DNA of 64,000 nt, from positions 124,001-188,000 of IMG/VR virus record IMGVR_UViG_3300046170_000378; one strand, given 5' to 3'. The translations under genes and the position numbers were made by a program. This document shows positions 59,289 to 64,000 of the stretch, in pieces (the first letter of the stretch is position 1; every line of letters starts with the position of its first letter). Under the pieces are notes generated by a model, which did no database searches, was not told where the DNA came from, and saw only the letters and a list, made by a program, of their open reading frames with translations.

Positions 59289-59389
59289 GCTCTTAGATAG
59301 GTTTAACAACCGAACAACGAGGCGTCAAATCTCACGCCTACAAGTCGAAAGACGGAGTCTAAGTGGAGTAATTTAAATATATAAACCTC

Positions 59390-59477
59390 GGAGAGGTGGC
59401 AGAGTGGTCGAATGCACTGGTCTTGAAAACCAGCGTACAGCAATGTACCGGGGGTTCGAATCCCTCCCTCTCCGCCA
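59390..59477 (+). tRNA. tRNA-Ser(UGA), CCA encoded
   Basis: CTGGT-CTTGAAA-ACCAG; long variable arm. Confidence 0.92.
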
Positions 59478-59479
59478 TT

Positions 59480-59556
59480 GGTCTGGTAGTTCAGTTGGTT
59501 AGAATACTTGCCTGTCACGCAAGGGGTCGCGAGTTCGAGTCTCGTCCAGACCGCCA
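59480..59556 (+). tRNA. tRNA-Asp(GUC), CCA encoded
   Basis: CTTGC-CTGTCAC-GCAAG. Confidence 0.92.
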
Positions 59557-59574
59557 AAAAGAAAGAGAGAGAGT

Positions 59575-60000
59575 ATGAGGTTGTTGGTGGCACTTCTTTT
59601 TAGTACAATGATGTGGGCACAAGATTGTTCACCATATCATAAGGTTGATAAGTGGGAAGTAAATGATGATGTAGATTTTACTGCAGCTTGGGTTAGTTGT
59701 TTCCACGCATCTGGCTTAGCGTTTTCAATGGATTATAACAACATCTCTTTAGGAACTCATCTGATGGGCGAAGGCCATATGAATTCTGCATACGTGTTCT
59801 TGAGCTATCAATATCAACCACTCGATAGAATTAAATTATCTGCTGGACCTCTGTATAAATTAAATAACAATAGTGGCTTAATGGTTGCACAATATGGTGG
59901 AGATATTAAGTTATATAAATCTATCTGGCTCACGAGTAGAATTTTGCAAATTAGAACAGATTTAAATTATCTTAACGTAGGACTTAAAATTGTGCTATAA
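59575..60000 (+). CDS. Secreted/possible outer-membrane beta-barrel protein
   Basis: Short signal MRLLVALLFSTMMWA; amphipathic strands; C-terminal LNVGLKIVL. Confidence 0.5.
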   Translation: MRLLVALLFSTMMWAQDCSPYHKVDKWEVNDDVDFTAAWVSCFHASGLAFSMDYNNISLGTHLMGEGHMNSAYVFLSYQYQPLDRIKLSAGPLYKLNNNSGLMVAQYGGDIKLYKSIWLTSRILQIRTDLNYLNVGLKIVL

Positions 60001-60003
60001 TTG

Positions 60004-60011
60004 GATATATA
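60004..60011 (+). promoter_or_regulatory. Putative late promoter GATATATA
   Basis: Upstream of 60032 ORF. Confidence 0.5.
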
Positions 60012-60031
60012 AAATAAATATATGTCCTTAA

Positions 60032-60490
60032 ATGTCATTCACAGAATTCAAAAATAAATTCGGTAACGTTATTTTTACAGTTACTGCTATTGGTGCATTG
60101 GTTACATTAATTGGTTACATTAGCCCAATTGTTGACTATGCGTCTGACCTTAATAAATTAGTTAATGAGTACGAGCAAATTCATAAATCTATGCAGAGAA
60201 TAGAAACTCACATAGATCAATATGAAAGTGACAGAACTAATAAGAAGAAAACCTTCTCTATCGGACTTAGATCTGATACTGAAAATGGACAAATGATCTA
60301 TGTAGATGAGAACAATGGAATCTATAGAGCGTTTCTAGACCCTAAAACTAAAGAATATTTTTATTATGATTCCGATGGACATCCGGTCTATTGTTATTCA
60401 CAAAGAAAGGTTAATGGCGAAAAAGATCATATAGAAATTAAGCCTCTAGTTCTACCTGAAATTATTATCCTTACAGACTCTATCCAATAA
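60032..60490 (+). CDS. Membrane-anchored coiled-coil protein, late (possible lysis accessory)
   Basis: N-terminal TM helix followed by coiled coil. Confidence 0.5.
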   Translation: MSFTEFKNKFGNVIFTVTAIGALVTLIGYISPIVDYASDLNKLVNEYEQIHKSMQRIETHIDQYESDRTNKKKTFSIGLRSDTENGQMIYVDENNGIYRAFLDPKTKEYFYYDSDGHPVYCYSQRKVNGEKDHIEIKPLVLPEIIILTDSIQ

Positions 60491-60673
60491 ATCAAATGAA
60501 ACAGTATTATACTGTATTGTATAAGTATTGGCTGTCAGTCAAGCTTTAGAGAGGTAGTGAAGCTGTAGTTAAGAAGTAGAGTGTATTAATTGTCGAAAAA
60601 GGGTTTATAGTAGACAGGCGTTACTCATTGCACTTAACCAGAAACCCCGAAAGACCCGAAGCCTCTCTAATTT

Positions 60674-60745
60674 GCTCCGTTCGTCTAACGGTTAGGACAT
60701 TAGGTTTTCATCCTAAAAATAGGAGTTCGATTCTCCTACGGAGTA
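60674..60745 (+). tRNA. tRNA-Glu(UUC)
   Basis: TTAGG-TTTTCAT-CCTAA. Confidence 0.9.
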
Positions 60746-60777
60746 CAATTATATAGCAAGTTTATATAAGTAAACAA

Positions 60778-60850
60778 TGTCCCTTGGTGTAATTGGCAAC
60801 ACGTCTGGTTTTGGTCCAGAAGAGTATAGGTTCGACCCCTGTAGGGACAA
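60778..60850 (+). tRNA. tRNA-Gln(UUG)
   Basis: TCTGG-TTTTGGT-CCAGA. Confidence 0.9.
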
Positions 60851-60858
60851 CAATTTTT

Positions 60859-60933
60859 CGGGGTGTAGCGTAGCCCGGTTATCGCGCCACGTTTGGGACG
60901 TGGAGGCCGCAGGTTCGAATCCTGCCACCCCGA
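60859..60933 (+). tRNA. tRNA-Pro(UGG)
   Basis: CCACG-TTTGGGA-CGTGG. Confidence 0.92.
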
Positions 60934-60953
60934 CATTTTAACACCATTTCACT

Positions 60954-60980
60954 GAAACCTTTCAAATCAGCTTAATATAA
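60954..60980 (+). promoter_or_regulatory. Putative middle promoter GAAAC-N17-TATAA
   Basis: Upstream of the Ile/Lys/Leu tRNA sub-cluster. Confidence 0.6.
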
Positions 60981-61087
60981 CTATCAAATCTAACAAACCT
61001 AGATTTTAAAAGTTATTTGACTTGCTAAACAAATAGATCATAGATCGAGTCTTGCACCTCTACATAGATTATAGGTGTTTTCAACAT

Positions 61088-61164
61088 GGGGATGTAGCTC
61101 AGTTGGTTAGAGCAGGACTCTTATATAGTCAAGGTCGTGGGTTCGAGCCCCGCCATCCCTACCA
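61088..61164 (+). tRNA. tRNA-Ile(UAU), CCA encoded
   Basis: GACT-CTTATAT-AGTC anticodon arm, anticodon TAT. Confidence 0.8.
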
Positions 61165-61185
61165 AAGGCAACTATGATTTATTAA

Positions 61186-61258
61186 GATCTCTTAGCTCAG
61201 TTGGTAGAGCATCACACTTTTAATGTGAGGGTCCAGGGTTCGAGCCCCTGAGGGATCA
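61186..61258 (+). tRNA. tRNA-Lys(UUU)
   Basis: TCACA-CTTTTAA-TGTGA. Confidence 0.92.
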
Positions 61259-61261
61259 CTT

Positions 61262-61343
61262 GCGGATGTGGTGAAATTGGTAGACACGCTAGTTTTAGGC
61301 ACTAGTGCTTTATAGCTTGAAGGTTCGAGTCCTTTCATCCGCA
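61262..61343 (+). tRNA. tRNA-Leu(UAG)
   Basis: CTAGT-TTTAGGC-ACTAG; variable arm. Confidence 0.9.
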
Positions 61344-61408
61344 CGTGTCATGCAAGCGCAAAAGACGGGGTCCCAAACAAAAGACAAGTTTGGGGCCCCG
61401 GTAAGAAT

Positions 61409-61416
61409 GATATATA
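61409..61416 (+). promoter_or_regulatory. Putative late promoter GATATATA
   Basis: Upstream of CCA-adding enzyme. Confidence 0.5.
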
Positions 61417-61438
61417 GTATGTAAAATAAACTATTGTT

Positions 61439-62578
61439 ATGCAAAAATTTAGTAACTTTATGCTTCTTAGAGAAGCTGAAACCAAACTTAAAGTTAATGT
61501 ACCTTCGGATATATTAGACTTATACAATCTTTTCAAAAAGAATGGTAAAGAATTGTATGTGGTTGGTGGTGCAGTACGAGATGCATTATTAGGTAAAAAA
61601 CCAAAAGACTTTGATTTGGCTACTGACGCATTTCCTGCAGAAGTTATTGATATTGTTACTAAAGGAGGTTATTCAACAACAGGTGAAGTTGGACACCAAT
61701 TTGGTGTAGTTATTGTAAACGTACCTTCTGATCCAGCGGGTGTTGAGATTGCTACTTTTAGAGAAGACATTGGAAAGGGTAGAAGACCAGATGCAGTTGA
61801 GTATTCTACTATTGATAAAGATGTACTAAGACGAGATTTAACAATCAATGCACTGTTCTATGATATGGGCAGACAAGAGGTTGTTGATTTAGTTGGTGGT
61901 TTGGATGATATAAAAAATTCAAAGATTAGAACTGTAGGTGTTGCAGCTGATAGATTCGCTGAAGATCCTTTAAGAAAACTAAGAGCTTTAAGATTTGCTG
62001 GTAGAACTGGATCAAACTTAGAAGAAGAAACTGCTAATGCCATTTTAACAGATAATAGTTTAGAAGGTATTAGTGCAGAGAGAATTAGAGATGAGTTTAA
62101 AAAATCTATAGTTTCTGCTAAGTCCGCTAAGAAGTACTTAGAGATGGTCTCTGAATTCAACCTGTGGTCTGTTATGTTTCCTACATTAGAGATCAATAAA
62201 AAATTCATAGACACCAATACTTGGCTTGTTCAATTGGGTACACTGTTTATTGCCAATGAACATAAAAAAGAAATGAACAAACTTACATTTACCAATGATG
62301 AGATTGATGCATGTATTTTCTTAAAGAGAATCATGGCGTTCGATGTAAATGACGTGTTTGATTTACATAAGCAATTTAAAAACACCAACATGGACAAGAA
62401 AGAAGTTCTTGAATTTGCAAAAATACACAAATTAGATATTAAAACCTTGAAGGCGTTCTTTAAATATAAACCAACTACTAATGGTAAGGATGTAATGAAA
62501 GAGTTCGGCATCAAAGGACCAGAAGTTGCAATAAAGATAAAACAAATAGAATCAGATAAATTTAAAAAGACTATTTAA
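61439..62578 (+). CDS. cca: tRNA nucleotidyltransferase (CCA-adding enzyme, class II)
   Basis: VGGAVRD..LG..PKDFDLAT, EIATFR, RRDLTINAL, EDPLRKLRALRF. Confidence 0.88.
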   Translation: MQKFSNFMLLREAETKLKVNVPSDILDLYNLFKKNGKELYVVGGAVRDALLGKKPKDFDLATDAFPAEVIDIVTKGGYSTTGEVGHQFGVVIVNVPSDPAGVEIATFREDIGKGRRPDAVEYSTIDKDVLRRDLTINALFYDMGRQEVVDLVGGLDDIKNSKIRTVGVAADRFAEDPLRKLRALRFAGRTGSNLEEETANAILTDNSLEGISAERIRDEFKKSIVSAKSAKKYLEMVSEFNLWSVMFPTLEINKKFIDTNTWLVQLGTLFIANEHKKEMNKLTFTNDEIDACIFLKRIMAFDVNDVFDLHKQFKNTNMDKKEVLEFAKIHKLDIKTLKAFFKYKPTTNGKDVMKEFGIKGPEVAIKIKQIESDKFKKTI

Positions 62579-62964
62579 TGGAATTAATTTCAACACACCC
62601 TGTTAAAAAATCAGATTTAGGTTTTCATGGTAATCTTTTCGGTGGTAAATTATTAGCATGGGTAGATGCAGCTGGCGCATCTTACGCATCTCAGGTATGT
62701 GATACGCCAAGAATGGTAACAGTACTTATTGACGAGTGTGTATTTAAGAAACCTGCAAAAGAAGGACATTTACTTAAAATTTACGGAGAAGTAGAAACCA
62801 TAGGTAGAACTTCAGTAATATTAAAGGTTGAGGCTAGATCACATAATGTGTATGATGGAAGGCAAGCTATTATTCTTGCTACAAATATTAAATTTGTTAG
62901 AATAGATGAACAAGGGGAAGCAATTCCTATTAGTCAAAGGGTAAAAGATAAATTTAAGAAATAA
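62578..62964 (+). CDS. Hotdog-fold acyl-CoA thioesterase (YciA-like)
   Basis: GNLFGGKLLAWVD, FKKP..EG, GRTS. Confidence 0.88.
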   Translation: MELISTHPVKKSDLGFHGNLFGGKLLAWVDAAGASYASQVCDTPRMVTVLIDECVFKKPAKEGHLLKIYGEVETIGRTSVILKVEARSHNVYDGRQAIILATNIKFVRIDEQGEAIPISQRVKDKFKK

Positions 62965-63023
62965 GAGTAATATATACTAGCCATAGTTATTTTAGCCATG
63001 GAAAGTAAGAAACAATAATAGCA

Positions 63024-63164
63024 ATGAATAACGAGCAACAAAACGGTAACACTCAGTTAAATCAAGACAGAAACGCTTTCAATCAGAAAGTAAGTAAACT
63101 ATCTATGTTAGGCAGAACTAAGAAAGTTCAATGGTCTAATAGACGTAGATGGAGAAACGTGTAA
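63024..63164 (+). CDS. Hypothetical protein (46 aa)
   Basis: Manually read MNNEQQNGNTQLNQDR...RRRWRNV. Confidence 0.4.
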   Translation: MNNEQQNGNTQLNQDRNAFNQKVSKLSMLGRTKKVQWSNRRRWRNV

Positions 63165-63178
63165 ACACATAAAATCTT

Positions 63179-63772
63179 ATGGAATTTTTATTAAACGTCT
63201 TAACGGTGTTTTTAACACTGTTCGCTGTCATAGATATGCCAGGAAACGTACCTTTGATTATTAAGCTACGTAAAGAAAATGGTGAAATAGAATCTCTAAA
63301 ATCTACAATAATAGCCACGGTTATTATGGTCTCAATTCTATTTGTAGGGCAAACTTTATTTAGACTTTTGGGAATTGAAACATTTCACTTTGCATTGGCA
63401 GGCGCGATGCTTCTCCTATATTTCGGTGTTAAGATGGTACTAGGGATAGAATCAGAATCTAATTCAGAACCAATGCCAGCAACTATATTTCCAATAGCAT
63501 TTCCAATTATAGCAGGACCAGGAACCTTATCAACTATCATGTCACTGACTCAAGATTTAAGTAATATTGAAATTATTTTGGGTATTATATTGAATGCTAT
63601 AATGATTTACATATTCTTAAAGACAGCACCTTGGATTCAAAACAAATTAGGCGTTGTTGGAATTACTATTATGGAGAGAGTCTTTGGAATCTTACTAGTT
63701 GCCATTGGAATGAAAATACTAATCAATTCTTTGGTACTAAGTGTTGTTGCAGCTCAATCAGCGATAGGCTAA
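63179..63772 (+). CDS. MarC family membrane protein
   Basis: LFAVIDMPGNVP, FPIAFPIIAGPGTLST, RVFGILLVAIG. Confidence 0.88.
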   Translation: MEFLLNVLTVFLTLFAVIDMPGNVPLIIKLRKENGEIESLKSTIIATVIMVSILFVGQTLFRLLGIETFHFALAGAMLLLYFGVKMVLGIESESNSEPMPATIFPIAFPIIAGPGTLSTIMSLTQDLSNIEIILGIILNAIMIYIFLKTAPWIQNKLGVVGITIMERVFGILLVAIGMKILINSLVLSVVAAQSAIG

Positions 63773-64000
63773 ATAATGGCCAATGTAAATACAAGTACCA
63801 TAATTACTACGTAAAGTACTTTAGATATGTCAATTCTTTTTTCCATGTAATATTTATTTGAAAGCTACAGTGGAAACAAGATTCGGCACATTAATTAATT
63901 GTTAAGCAATTATTAAATGTTAGTACAGTATTTGTTTAGGATATTTTTCAAATAAGATATATCCGGATCTAATTCTAGCATCTACGTGAGGAGTAGCGTA

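Noticed and set aside
58974-60936. ORFs 58974-59186, 59303-59593, 59396-59578, 60736-60936
   Set aside because: They overlap clear tRNA genes and are translation artefacts.
58941-61343. Stop-codon suppressor tRNAs or alternative genetic code (anticodons TAA, TAG, TGA)
   Set aside because: These anticodons read UUA, CUA and UCA (Leu, Leu, Ser). Genes end normally at TAA/TAG/TGA and no in-frame stops interrupt conserved domains.
1-64000. Prophage or bacterial chromosome segment
   Set aside because: No integrase, att site or housekeeping operon. T4-like core genes, phage-type promoters and uniform strand and composition span the window.

Overview
This window is a 64-kb segment of a large, AT-rich, T4-like (myovirus) dsDNA phage genome, almost entirely encoded on the + strand. 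The host is most likely Bacteroidota/Flavobacteriia, judged from the Flavobacterium-type class Ia RNR, outer-membrane beta-barrel genes, a TIGR03643-like gene and A-rich leaders lacking Shine-Dalgarno sequences. Content in order: (1) a probable thymine-hypermodification cluster (two aGPT-Pplase/HhH-like paralogs, a PLP enzyme, a dimeric dNTPase); (2) a family B DNA polymerase split into two genes around nrdB/nrdA, an OMP gene and the sliding clamp; (3) UvsX, gp41, gp47/46; (4) the T4-like head, neck, terminase and tail core interleaved with the clamp loader and RNase H; (5) an accessory region with ligase, Fpg/Nei, a repeat-delimited mini-ORF array, host-like metabolic genes, an ECF sigma factor, 10 tRNAs, an odd tRNA-like RNA and a CCA-adding enzyme. 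Three recurring intergenic motifs suggest an early / ECF-sigma middle / gp55 late transcription cascade. Many essential genes carry single-base homopolymer indels that I interpret as uncorrected long-read errors. All calls come from manual motif recognition; no database searches were run.
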